DNA of 59,619 bases, the filler included, from Sphacelaria rigidula (Eukaryota): assembly GCA_964200075.2 (NCBI GenBank). It is 9 parts of 9 records of this genome, joined end to end, with 100 filler letters (N's around TTAATTAATTAA, not from the genome) between each part and the next. Parts side by side here need not be neighbours in the genome. Positions count along the whole stretch, not along the records: positions 6,637 to 13,172 come from CAXNAA020019489.1; positions 13,273 to 19,808 come from CAXNAA020019490.1; positions 19,909 to 26,444 come from CAXNAA020019491.1; 6 more parts are not named here. One strand, 5' to 3'. Positions 11,930 to 23,661 of the stretch are shown one piece after another. The notes below the pieces were generated by a model. The model was not told the origin of the DNA and did not search any database. It saw nothing but the letters and a program-made list of their open reading frames with translations. Made by a program: the position numbers and the translations under genes. Numbering within the stretch: position 1 is the first letter of the stretch; each line of letters begins with the position of its first letter.

Positions 11930-13160
11930 GCTAAAAAAATTACAATTGATTCCGCAGCACATGTGCCCTGTATCAGCAAAAAAAAGGTTAATCGATGAAC
12001 ACATGGCCATAATGGCAGCTGATATAAAGCCAGTACCGCCAGGATTGATAGATCTCAGAAGCGCGGATGGCTCCCCCATGAAAATTATATGGTTCATACG
12101 TTTCGAACTTACTTTAGGGATAAAAACTCCATCAGTAGAGGCGTTTGTATTGCCTAACCTAGGACCGCGTTGCCTGTTACTAGACAATTCCATCATGAGT
12201 GCTTTCCAAGCTATACTCGACTGGTAGGCGGAGGAGTTAACATTCCGCGACTCCAGTATAAAAATCAAAGCATCGCATCGAAAACAACAGCGTTCACAAA
12301 ATACAACACACTCCGAAACGACGCATTGTTCTGTAGTCAGTGTGAACTGTTCAAACGCGGTTCCAGTTTTTCTCACGAAAAAATGCAATGTGCCTCCGCA
12401 GAGTGAGATGGCAGTATTAGTTGAAACGGAAAATACCCCGTCAACAACAACAGCAGCAGCCGTCTTAGAGCCGCGCATAATAACCGAAAAAAACATTCGA
12501 TCAACCGATGTACCTCAAGCGTTCACGCGCATCATCGTTGCAAAGGCAGTGTGCACATGGTCGGCAACAAATATAACAGCAATGGTACAAATCGCCAACC
12601 CGTCGAACCGACATGTGAATGAATCTGAAACGTAATACGATTTTAAGCTATATCACCCCAGTACGAGAAACAAAACCAGCCACAGTCAGTGCAATGACGG
12701 GAAATAGGGTGTCAGAGAGAGAAAATGCGAAAGAGGAGTTACGTCCAGCTTTACGCAAAGCTTTCGAAAATACGACCTTTCCCCCGGAACAATGCTCTCA
12801 AACACTGGATCTTTGCGCTAAATACCGTTCTGTGTTTTCACCTACTCCGCAAGAGTTGGGCTGTTGTACGTTAGATGAAGCACATTCTCCGCTCAAACCT
12901 TGGACTCAGCCGGTAGACCGAGCTCCATATAGAGCAAACCCCAGAGTGCAAGACGCAATCGCCAAATGCGTCGACCAGATGGGAAAAGATGGCATAGTCG
13001 AACAACGCCCAAGCCCGGGGGGATCAGCAGTTACAATTGCTGCAAAAGCAGACGGAACAGCACGGTTTTGCGTACATTTTCGAGCAACGATAAATAAAAA
13101 CTGATTCGCAAATCATGGCCCATGCCAGCTATCGAAAGTCACATAGACACAGTAGCGGGG
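11930..13160 (+). pseudogene. pol fragment of element 2 (protease, spacer, RT N-terminus)
   Basis: Frameshifted ORFs 11946-12227, 12342-12635 and 12619-13104 carry the DSA catalytic motif and the Gypsy RT start motifs. Confidence 0.85.
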
Positions 13161-13764
13161 GGGGGGGGGGGGNNNNNNNNNNNNNNNNNNNNNNNNNNNN
13201 NNNNNNNNNNNNNNNNTTAATTAATTAANNNNNNNNNNNNNNNNNNNNNNNNNNNNNNNNNNNNNNNNNNNNCAAAGGGTCAAACCACAGTTTTTTTTTT
13301 TTACCACGTAGGTGTGGACCGTGGCAAACTTTTCAGGGTTTTGTATTTTCTGTTCCGAATGCCACGTGGTCGGTGTCATGAGTTCAAAAGGTACAAGTCG
13401 CGCCGTGCTTTTCTGCGCTTGTACTCTGCGCCCACCCATGCGGTGTTACCCGTACAGCGCAGGAGAGTACATACAGAGCCGTGCTACCATAGGTTGGGTG
13501 TTTGATTCCAGGGGAAAAATACTCATGGATGTTTCGGACAATCCGACACACTCGCCGTGCGCGTGTTTATGGGTAAAATGGCGTCAAGCAGTATAAATGA
13601 GCGTTGTTTATCGGCAATACGCCCGTTCCGAAGATCGTTGCTCCTAAAATCGATTCGAAGTTGAATTTAGTGGACTCAACGGCCCACGATATCCCCCGTC
13701 CTATCCTAGCATGACTTGAGTTATTTATGCTGTCCCCATACCGTTGAATACGCGACAGCAGTAT

Positions 13765-13985
13765 ATTCGACTTAACGGTCGACGAGGGAAAAGGACTGCT
13801 GAACCCCTCTCGCGATAAAATATAAAGGCAAGCACTGCAGAAGAAAGATTGAGTACTGAAAACAAAAAATGAAAAAAAAACTCCTGTGTTGGCCCTCCTC
13901 CTGTGTGACCCCGGCTGGTGCGCCCACGTATACCGTGAGGTGTAGATCGGCGTCCAGAATAGATGGGACGACAACTCACACACAG
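13765..13985 (+). mobile_element. SINE body and tail, homologous to 48005-48230 on the opposite strand
   Basis: About 220 bp of reverse-complement similarity, ending GTCCAGAATAGATGGGAC plus a CA-rich tail. Confidence 0.8.
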
Positions 13986-14553
13986 TATCGTCAACATAGC
14001 CTCCGGATACGAACCCGGCACAACAGTACACAGCGTTGGGTACAAGGGCAGTGCACCTCGGCGCCCGAAAGTCATTCACAACTCCTGCACATGTCGGTGT
14101 GTCGTACGGCACTATTGAGTTGAGACAGGTGAGATTTGTACTGTTGTAGTACTGTTGTTGCACTGACTGTGCTGTCTGTAGACAGCTTCGTATGCTTCCT
14201 GTAGGAAGTGTTCTGTACTGTACTACTGTCTGTAGTAAAAGTGTGAGCATGCCCGTGTGTGTACGTTTGCATACCGTAATTGTGCGAGTCATCGCACACC
14301 CCCTGGACCGAATTCAAAAGTCGATTACTCCATGATAAAGAGGGTGCCAGTACCAAACGACGCGTTTTCGGACAGCTATCAACAAGATCTTTCCAGCGTC
14401 AATCTTTTTAGAACTGATGCTCTTCTTGTTGTGGAGTAATCGAGCTTTGAAATTCGGTCCGGGGGGTGTGCGCTGACTGGCACAATTACGGTACTATGAG
14501 AAAGTACAGTAGTTCCCGATGAAGGTTCACTATGCGCTGTAATCCTAGCTGCG

Positions 14554-14819
14554 TGGAGGCGAACAGGGGAACAGAGACACCTGTCGACCTGGCTGAAGAT
14601 GACGTGGAAGGGCTGAAGTGGGCCAGTCATGCAGACGCCACGAGGATCTCGACAAAATGGCCGCACAACGGTGGTGTACCTGCGCGAGCGAACGCAAACT
14701 TCGCGTTGGGTGGCCATGTTGTCAAGTCCTCGTAGCAGCTGCTTGAGCGCCCGACTCCCACCCTTTCGCATCATCATAAGGCAGGTCGACTGGTGTCTCA
14801 GCTCCTCCGTTCGCCTCCA
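14554..14819. repeat. Diverged long inverted repeat (arms 14554-14670 and 14704-14819, 33-nt loop)
   Basis: TGGAGGCGAAC...GAGACACCTGTCGACCTG...ATGGCC pairs with GGCCAT...CAGGTCGACTGGTGTCTC...GTTCGCCTCCA, almost without gaps. Confidence 0.85.
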
Positions 14820-16494
14820 AATGCTCCTCGTAGTCTTGGTTCACGCTCGTGAACGAGCTGTCATCACCAGCGCTGTCGCGGGCGTTCACGGCATTTGCCA
14901 TTGCCTCACTTACGATATTTGTCCTACGCACGGTACGGCTGTGTTGTGTGAGCTTGGTCGTTATGGGGCAGGGTGTCTAGTTCCGTTGTATACCCCTGAG
15001 TGTGGCATCAACCCTTTGGGGCGTTCAGCAACTCAGGGATTATTTGAAAATTTGAAAATTAATCCTGAGTTGCTGCGCATGTCTCTTCTCAGGGTTCAGG
15101 TTCCGGGGTTTACGTAGGGAAATTCGTCATATCCTGGCCTTGAATCCCATCTTTCTTAATAATCCCTGAGTTTTCCCTTATCCCTGAGTTCTGATTTGTG
15201 TTTCCGAAACTCTCTATTGAGCGAGCAATATACATTACATACCGTTTTGTCCAGGGTGTGGTGAATTCTGAACAGTTTGAGCAAGGTCACGCACAACGTG
15301 CCAAACTGATGAGCAGCTACGGCTCGAACTGAGTATTTTTGGCTTGCGTGGGCACCAAGTTCCTATGATTGTGTTGGGTTGTGTGGTGAGCCTTTGCATG
15401 TGCCCCTGTCAACCGGACATGTAGGTTCCCCTTCAAGGTGTCCGGAAATCGCCTTTTGAAGAGGCCCTCCCCGCCCCCCCCCCCCCCCCCCGCGCCCAAG
15501 GGATTCCCGGGCATGTTTCGGGAATTTTTTATGTCGGGGGTGGCGAGTGGTATCGCAGCGATCAATCAGTGGTTGGTTTTCAAGACGGGGAAAATCTCCT
15601 TCGATAAGACGGGCCCTAAAGACCATTTTGACCAATCACAGTTACCAAAATGGTCAAGTTCTTCACCACAAGAAGACCGTGGTAAGACCAACTCACAGCA
15701 TAGCGATATTCAACCATTTTAGGCCATGGCCGTTCAACTATGGAGAACATTAGCAGAGATTGTTCTTTACACTGATTGTACTATTTGCCGCCTGCCTGAC
15801 CCCTCTTGTATTGCCAGCATAGCTCCATACTGTCTGTAGTGTTGTGGAATACTCAGCAGAGGCGTCAGCAGCGTGCAGTGCACGGTGTTCAGTCGAGAGC
15901 GGTTCCAAGCCGATCATTTTTTACCGTTGTGTCCAGCCACGAATGGGGTGAAAAGTCTGCATCGAGTCGGGGAAACCGGCAGGACCAGCTGCAGCAGCAG
16001 TACTACAGAGACCCCAAAAGAGACTGTACATCAAGTTGAGACGATGCGACATGCATGGAGTATCAAAGAACACCCTCGAGGCGTGCCAGCTTTTTCCCGG
16101 CAGTACGCTGTGTTTACGGGAGAGCAATAGCACGCCGATTGTTTCACACCGTTGTACTCAGCCGCTCATGAAAACAGTTCGCATAAGGTATCTACAGTAG
16201 AGTAGCAGCAGTAAAAAAAGCAACCGAAGTGGGATGACAGTTGAGACGATGTGACGTTCTTACAAGATTAGCACACACTGAAGATGTGCCAGCCCTGCCC
16301 CGACACTACCAGGATCGCTGCGAAAGAATGCATACGAGGAGAGGATGTATATCGTTTGCCTATATCACAGCAGTGGCGGTCGCCAACGTGGGCCGGTTGC
16401 AAACGATATGAAGCTTGCGTCCGCGAACACTGAACTTTGCTCAGCGAAAAAGTACATACTGACTCTGCATGCACTTGCCTGCAACACTGGTCAG

Positions 16495-16619
16495 ACGTTT
16501 TATGGGAACACCCTCGTGGAAGAAGGCATTTTGTCTAGCGAAGAATCAGTTGTTCTGAACGCCAAACCTGGCATGATCTATCCGGATCCATTTAAGGGGG
16601 GGGTCGCAGTCCAGGATTC
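16495..16619 (+). CDS. Possible internal exon, unknown product (TFYGNTLVEEGILSSEESVVLNAKPGMIYPDPFKGGVAVQD)
   Basis: Branch-like ACTGAC, CAG acceptor, GTGAGC donor, one open frame. No homology recognised. Confidence 0.25.
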
Positions 16620-19513
16620 GTGAGCTCATATCATCACTGGGTTGAGTACCTTTTTGAAGATTTGTTTTGGGAGTTCATGACTTCCATATAACGCTGAGGT
16701 TAAGCCCAACCACAGGCATATCGTGAACCCTCGGGCAGGGTAAGCGCAGAGAATGCTTGAGGAAAATGTGCGTTGGCAGACCTCGAATCGGGGCCTGCGG
16801 CGCCGATTTGGGCAAAAACGCGTTCTGCACACACGTTACGGTAGGAGCATTTGGATTTGTCAGCGGCACTGAAAATCCGAAGATCGGTGTACACACTAAA
16901 ATCAAGGGATGATATTGCGCGAAATTCGAATTCGATCAAGTGTAGATGTGTCACAGCTTGGGCAATGGACAAGAATAGCAAAAGTGTACTTCGTATAGGA
17001 TCGAGTCTATCGCCTTATGTGGAGTACCTACGAAATGTGTCTACTGGACCTTATCTCGTAATGCTTACTTTGAACCCTTGCCGTCCATTGCAAATGATAT
17101 GTTTTCCCGTATATCCAAGCGGACGGTCTCGGTGACAGCCACGCGTCTAGACTCTCGGCGTATGATATCTTGGAAAATACGTGCGCTTTGGCCGTACGCG
17201 GGGCTGTTCCTTCTCGGTAATATATGTAGTCGGTATATTGGAGAGTTGGGTGTTAAGATACAGCGCACGTCGCGTCTGGTTATGCTGAAACTTCACGCAT
17301 GTGGAGGTTGAGGCCGCAGGAAGATTTGATTCAACAGCATCGGCGATCCCAGGCGTTTGTACGCTGCGCACAGGTTGGATCATAATGAACGGCCGGAATT
17401 CACTCCCCAGCGACTATTAACTGCGTTTTTTCGAGTTCAACCCTGAAGGTTTGCACACGGATTTTGTGAGATATTCTTGAAAGCTGTATGAATGAGTTCT
17501 ATCGAAATATGTGGCGAAAAAAAATGATCGAAAGAACCCGTTGATCCAGCTCTTCTGAGCAATTCTGAGCACCCGTGCGAAATGTTCCAGGGTTTCACTC
17601 GAAAAACGGCGTGAATAATCGCCCGTACGTGCGTTGAGGTATACAAACCTACGCTGAATCCCCCCAATTACTTGAATATAGTATCCTTGTGTCCGTGAGC
17701 TTAAATCTACCTTTTGGGACTAGCGCTTCGAGTTACACCACGCAACTTTGCACAAACGTTCCTCATAGTACCTTAGGACGATACAAATTCAAAGGTTCTA
17801 TCTTGAGGAAATCTGTACCGGCTTCTGGGTACACATTCTTACGCTGGGACCCCCGGAAAAACGGTAAAGCGTGGATAAACTTCGAGATGTGCTTCAACGA
17901 TGTTGGTTCTCTGGTTGGTAGCACATATATACCAAACTGCCAACGTGAGGGTTATCTGAGTTTTTTTTACAAAAGTTATAAGAGACAGCGACTAGAGGCG
18001 TCCTGCGTCTTCGATGCATATGTTCAGTGGAAATTCATCAACGCCAAAACCTCTCATCACCGAAATACCACGTGTGGGGGTATTCCTCGATCCCATGAAA
18101 CCGTCTTGAAATCTCCTTCCTGTGTTAGATTTCCTTTTCAGCTGATGGCGATTCCTAAGGTTGATTCGTGATGAAATGAGGTGATAATTGAGAGTGGAAT
18201 TCGCATTTTCATCTCATACTAACTTGAAGGCCCCTGATTGGCCTAGAAATATCTTTTCTCCCAGAGCCACCGCAAAGGACGCAAGAAATCATTTGGCCGT
18301 GTCACTCTGTTCGTTCCGCCCTTTGCTGATGTCATAGGTTTAGCACGACCTTGAAATGATGAAATGCAACGTCAACCCTACATTCATGTTGTGCTCACAA
18401 GGGGTGGGAAACAAAATAATCAAGTGCGTGTTGACCCTTTTAGCGACCGTGGCCAAATGACGGACGGTGCTAGACCCGCCATCCGCTTTTTTTTTTTGTA
18501 CACTCTGGAACGCCTTTGCGTTCTCCAAGGCTTTTTTCGGAATGCCTTTTCAAGGTTTATAGCATTCACCACAGCATCCAGACTCCACGGAAATGAGATG
18601 CTTTTTTGAGCTACGAGCTGGGCCAGACTAGAAATGAATTTGAGCTCTCAAAGCGATATCTCAACGATACAGACGAGTTGGGCCGTGATCCGCATATCGT
18701 ATTAATCATCTAATGAAGGGAAAGGTGCCCATCTGCTCAAAAACCTGGGTCAATTCTTTCTCGTTGATTAAATCCCATGTCTAGTAGTTCCCATTCCTAG
18801 CGGAGATAGCGTCCACACTAAAATCTATATAAAACCCCGAACGATCGATTGAGCGGGTGATGACGATTTTTAGTGTGGACCTTCCCTGGAGCACGGGGAG
18901 ACGATATATACCCTCACCTTCACCTAATTCGTTATCCATCTCGAGATATTACGCATATCAATTTTCATACTAAAATCGGTACACTACGAGCGGAGGCACT
19001 AGATGACCTAAATCTAGATATCGCGTCTCAGGTTTTTAGAGTTGTGCTATAAAATTTGGTATGGAGAACCGCTAGTGCGTGATGAAATTACAAACATAGC
19101 TTTTTCATTTTCTTCGTCTTTTTTTTTCATTTGTTTTCGTGTTTTTAGGGGAGTTTTGAGGAGAAATGAACATTGCTCTTGGGCCTCATCTCAATGTATT
19201 AGCTCAATTTTTACAATTGTGATATAATAACACTTGGCATGGAGAACGACAGAGGTATGCGGAGTAAAAAAAAAAATGGGCCTTAATTTATTTTTTTCAA
19301 TGAGAGCTTCGGGCCTTCTCGTAAAAAATGGTCGTTACCATACTAAAATGCCCTCAACAATTGAAAAATGAAAATAAAATCCAACCTCACCCATTTCTCT
19401 TGGTTCATGACCTAGCGACGTCCCGCACTAAGTTTCAACCCACAAACGCCAAATGTGGGCCGATAAACGGCCTGCGAAGTACTGTTCCGAATTTCCGCTG
19501 GCCCGGTTTTTCA

Positions 19514-19789
19514 AAGGTAAGTTGCCAATTTTTTTTTTTGGAGTTGGACAGTGAAAATTGGTGTGGACAATCATGAGGGTACGAAAAAAAGCTGTCTTTG
19601 AGATCCCGAAGTTTTTTTTTTTATGGGTTGAGGGCAATAATCAGTTTTGAGGTTTTAGTAAAATGCCCTCAACTCATGAAAAAAAAAAAAAACTTCGGGA
19701 CCTCACAGACATGTTTTTTTCATGCCCTGTTGATTGTCCATACCAAATTTCACTTTCCGATTCCAAGAAAAAAATGCGAATTTGCCTGC
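19514..19789. repeat. Foldback inverted repeat with ~120-bp arms (MITE-like)
   Basis: 19514-19636 is the diverged reverse complement of 19664-19789. Confidence 0.8.
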
Positions 19790-21276
19790 AAAGTACAAAT
19801 CCGCTTGTNNNNNNNNNNNNNNNNNNNNNNNNNNNNNNNNNNNNNNNNNNNNTTAATTAATTAANNNNNNNNNNNNNNNNNNNNNNNNNNNNNNNNNNNN
19901 NNNNNNNNATGACCAAGGCAAGCAACAAATGAGTACGCCCCCCCCCCGCGCTCGCTCACCAAACGTCAACACAGTAACCGCGGCAAGTGGAAGTGCTGCG
20001 AGGCACGCAGGATTATGTAGGAGACACCAGGCGGACCTGACTGCAAGCGTCCAGACAGGCGATATCTCAGCCGACGGTCGACAACCGACCGGAACAGCCT
20101 TTCGCAACCAGCCTAACCCTACTACAACTACATTTTCGTAAATACAATTCACTACAGTCCAGTATAACGGGAAAACGATGTTACAGTCTTCCATGCCCGA
20201 AGACAGAAAGTGTGCAGTATCATTGTATGAAACCCCAACGCCGCCCACTAGGACAGACGATCCAAACGCGATTGCGCCAGCTGGAGTAATACACCTCTCG
20301 CAGCACCAAGTACGGCTGTGCAACGTTCAGGCATGACCAACTCGCAGCATAGAGGTGGTGTCGTTGAAACGTACAGCACAAAGCGCAGGATGAGACATGC
20401 CATAAGATCATAGCCCACAAAGTGACAGCCTGTATCGGATATGCCAAAGTAACGCCCCCCGCCTACGCTGAACCAGGAGTATGTTTAACGGCGGGGTACA
20501 TGGCATCGTCGTCGCCATTATGGAATGATCAAACCGCAGTATGGCGCCGTATGAACGCGTACGACGGAGTACAGCAGCGTGCATGACATGGGTTTACCCT
20601 TGACATAGACTGAAAATACGATGTTCACACGCAGTACAGAGGTAAACACACCCCCACAGGGCCTGACGGTGACTGTCTGCGAATACAGATAGTAGACGGG
20701 GGCATAAAGTGAGGTAAATGTGTCGTCGGTGTCGCCTTTGTTATTGCAACTTAGGCGCAGGCTTACCATGATGCGGTGTAAAGCATCTACTGGAGGTGCG
20801 GCGTAAAGATTGCTTTACGAACCGTCAGCCGTGCACTCTGGCCGGGGTTGGAAATCACCGACGGGTCGGACAACTTGCCATACCCGTAAAATAGAGAACC
20901 TTCGAATCCTCTTTTCTTCCACGTTCCATTCGCACGGGTCTGAAAACACGCTTTGGGCGAATCGTTTGCTCAAAGGCTGTAGAAAAACAACCATCTCTTG
21001 CCCGAAACAACGTCAAATGTATATCGTCAAGTTTCCATCAACGGTTCCAAAAGGGTTGAAACAAGTGAACATTGCCTTGGCCTTGGTCAGCAGCAAACAC
21101 GAGTCGATTGATGTGAGATCCCTCATCATTTAGTTTTGACGTGAAGCCTCTAACACCGTCATATCAGCGTAGTATGGGTCCCAGTTATGCGAACCCAACA
21201 ATCCTTATCGTTCTACGTAGAACAAAATCCACGGGTCCTCTCTATAGGAAACTTCTAACTACGAGGGAAGTTCCTC

Positions 21277-22790
21277 GGGTGTCGGCTAGACTGCTGTAGG
21301 AGATTTTTGCTCAACTGTCTGTGTACCTTGGAAGCCCCGAAGCTATGTTTACCCTCCAAGCTCAAAGCCAACGCACACGATGCCATCAATCGGGTGTCGG
21401 CTAGACTACTCAAGGAGATTTTTGCTCTACTGTCTGTATACCTTGGGAGCCACAGAGCTATGTCTACTCTCAAGCTTAAAACCAACGCACGCGATGCCAC
21501 GGCGTCGTCAGCGTCCACTACGCCCCCCGCCAACACGGAGGAAGTGGCCTCGTCGCCGCCTGCCATTACACCCGGTGCCGCCGCTGAAGGCGTGGAGGAC
21601 ACGTCCCGTTCGACGGCTTCGTCAGCGTCCACTACGGCCCCTGCCAACACGGAGAACGTGGCGCCGTCGCCGCCGGACGGCGGCGATGGCGCCGCGTTCT
21701 CCGCGTTGGCAGGGGCCGTAGTGGACGCTGACGAAGCCGTCGAACGGGACGCGTCCTCGGCGCCTTCAGGGGCGGCACCAAGCTCACATATTGTGAGCTT
21801 GACTGTACACCGCACCGCAAACTGTAAACAGGTGACCTAGACATAGTCCTGCATGCAGGGCTACACCATCTGTAGATGCATTAACAAGATGAACTGCTGC
21901 AGATCCATCACATGCTTTCCGTGTAGACAATGTATGTGCGAAGCACTGGGATGTTCACTGTCAGCTCTCGTAAGCATTGTCCTATCCTTAAGCTCAAGCA
22001 TCCTCAAGCATCTACAGATGGTGTAGCCCTACATGCAGGACTATGTCTAGGTCACCTGTTCACAGTTTGCGGTGTGGTGTACAGCCAAGCTCACAATATG
22101 TGAGATTGGTGCCGCCGCTGAAGTCGCCGAGGACGCGTCCCGTTCGACGGCTTCGTCAGCGTCCACTACAGCCCCTGCCAACACGGAGGACGCGGCGCCA
22201 TCGCCGTCGTCTCACATATTGTGAGCTTGACTGTACACCACACCGCAAACTGTAAACAGGTGACCTAGACATGGTCCTGCATGCAGGGCTACACCATCTG
22301 TAGATGCATTGACAATATGAACTGCTGCAGATCCATCAAATGCTTCCCGTGTGGACAATGCATGTGCGAAGCACTGGGATGTTCACTGTCAGCTCTCGTA
22401 AGCATTGTCCTGTCCTCAATGCGCCGCCGCCATGGCTTGATCGACATAGAACTCTGCTGTACCAGAGAGGCGCTAGTACATGGCCCTCTGGGGGTATCAA
22501 ACTGTTGTGTACTGATATATACGGCGAAATAGCGTTGGTCTGCGGTGAGCTAGACATAGTCCTGCATGCAGGGCTACACCATCTGTAGATGCATTAGCAA
22601 TATATGTACTGCTCCAGATCCATCAAATGCCTTTCATGTAAACAATGTACGCGCGAAGCACTGAGATGTTCACTGTCAGCTCTCGTGAGTATTGTCCTGT
22701 CCTCAACGCACCGTCATGGCTTAATCGACAGAACACTCTGCTGTTTCAGAGAGGCGAGAGTTCTTAACCCCCTGGGGGTGTCGTACTATT
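21277..22790. repeat. Complex of tandem and inverted duplications
   Basis: ~113-bp tandem pair at 21277-21498. Hairpin with 102-bp arms at 21574-21779. 21678-21879 is inverted at 22008-22209. Direct recopies start at ~22210 and ~22550. Confidence 0.9.
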
Positions 22791-22885
22791 GATATACAGC
22801 AACAGTCTCTCTTCATCAATTTTCGACTTGCGTCACCCCCGTGAGACCCGTATCAACCTCGCAAAGGGAAACCTTGTATATGTGT

Positions 22886-22894
22886 AATTATTAC

Positions 22895-22956
<62 letters not shown>

Positions 22957-23012
22957 GGTGATAATATAATAACAACAATAATAATGATGATGATGATGAT
23001 GATGATAATGAT
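22886..23012. repeat. Compound microsatellite, (TAT)n then (AAT)/(GAT)n
   Basis: Directly visible trinucleotide arrays. Confidence 0.95.
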
Positions 23013-23145
23013 AGTGATAACCGGTGGTAAGTCACGGCTGACGCGCGTGGCAGCAGTGTAGTAGGTTTCAACGCCACGGGCCTCGAAATGATCAACAAAA
23101 GGTGACCCTAACATCAACCATCATAAATTAGTTCAAGGGCCGTCA

Positions 23146-23252
23146 TTAACCCTTAGACGGCGAGAGTAGGTCATTTATTGAATCGTCGTCAATTTCACTT
23201 GAAAGAAGTACGCATGATCCAGATGGACTACCCTGGGCACTCTAAGGATTGG
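23146..23252. mobile_element. piggyBac-like MITE, second copy
   Basis: TTAA-CCCTTAGA...TCTAAGGA termini. Core shared with 6334-6447. Confidence 0.55.
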
Positions 23253-23661
23253 CGGGCTTTATTTTTCATGTTTTTCATCCATTTTTATCCACGAAAACTT
23301 GGGCAAAATAATACCTGGTGACATCGGCCCTAGAAGCAGGTAACGATTTCGAACCGCACGGCTAAATGTAAGCATCACGAAAGAAAAAGGGAACCCTGAC
23401 CGTGTTGGCGTTAACCCGGCATCGCTGCATTCATGGAGAATCTTTCCCTAAAAAGCAAGCACCACCCGAGTCCACCACTCCCTCAACTACTTACCGTAAG
23501 GAGATAGATACCACGAGTAAATACAACAGGACTTACGGGCAAACGTTCATTTTAGCGTTGAAGGGCCCAGCCGAGACCACCTCGGTTCCACCGCCGAAAT
23601 CCAAGACCGCAATGTCACACTGGAATAAATTGAAAGTGGAAGCGCCCTAGACACGGGGCAA

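Larger units (their letters stand above)
8541..13172 (+). mobile_element. Second decayed Ty3/Gypsy LTR retrotransposon (5' LTR end, PBS, gag, protease, start of RT), truncated by the contig end; left boundary uncertain
   Basis: LTR-like end TTACA at 9579 followed by TGGCGACGCC. TATAAA at 9269. Gag-like AFEIGLKPRIRVEM. Protease ITIDSAA at ~11940. RT N-terminus PYRANP...GIVEQRPSPGGSAVTIAAKADGTARFCVHFR...WPMP. Confidence 0.85.

Noticed and set aside
15670..15750. Peptide resemblance VVRPTHSIAIFNHFRPWPFNYG to VVQQAQSIRLIFCYLRPHSLNYG (56050-56133, minus)
   Set aside because: About 11 identities in 28 residues with a gap is within chance for a six-frame self-comparison of 60 kb, and the match does not extend.
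16540..16605. Glutamine synthetase-like DPFxGG motif
   Set aside because: Only a few residues match and the flanking GS motifs are absent.
16630..19050. Possible decayed gene or transposase in a 2.4-kb complex-looking tract
   Set aside because: The frames I translated by hand gave no recognisable motif, so it is left unannotated.
21255..21844. Mirror-image Ala/Ser/Thr-rich ORFs on both strands
   Set aside because: They follow directly from the GC-rich palindrome. There is no splice or homology support.
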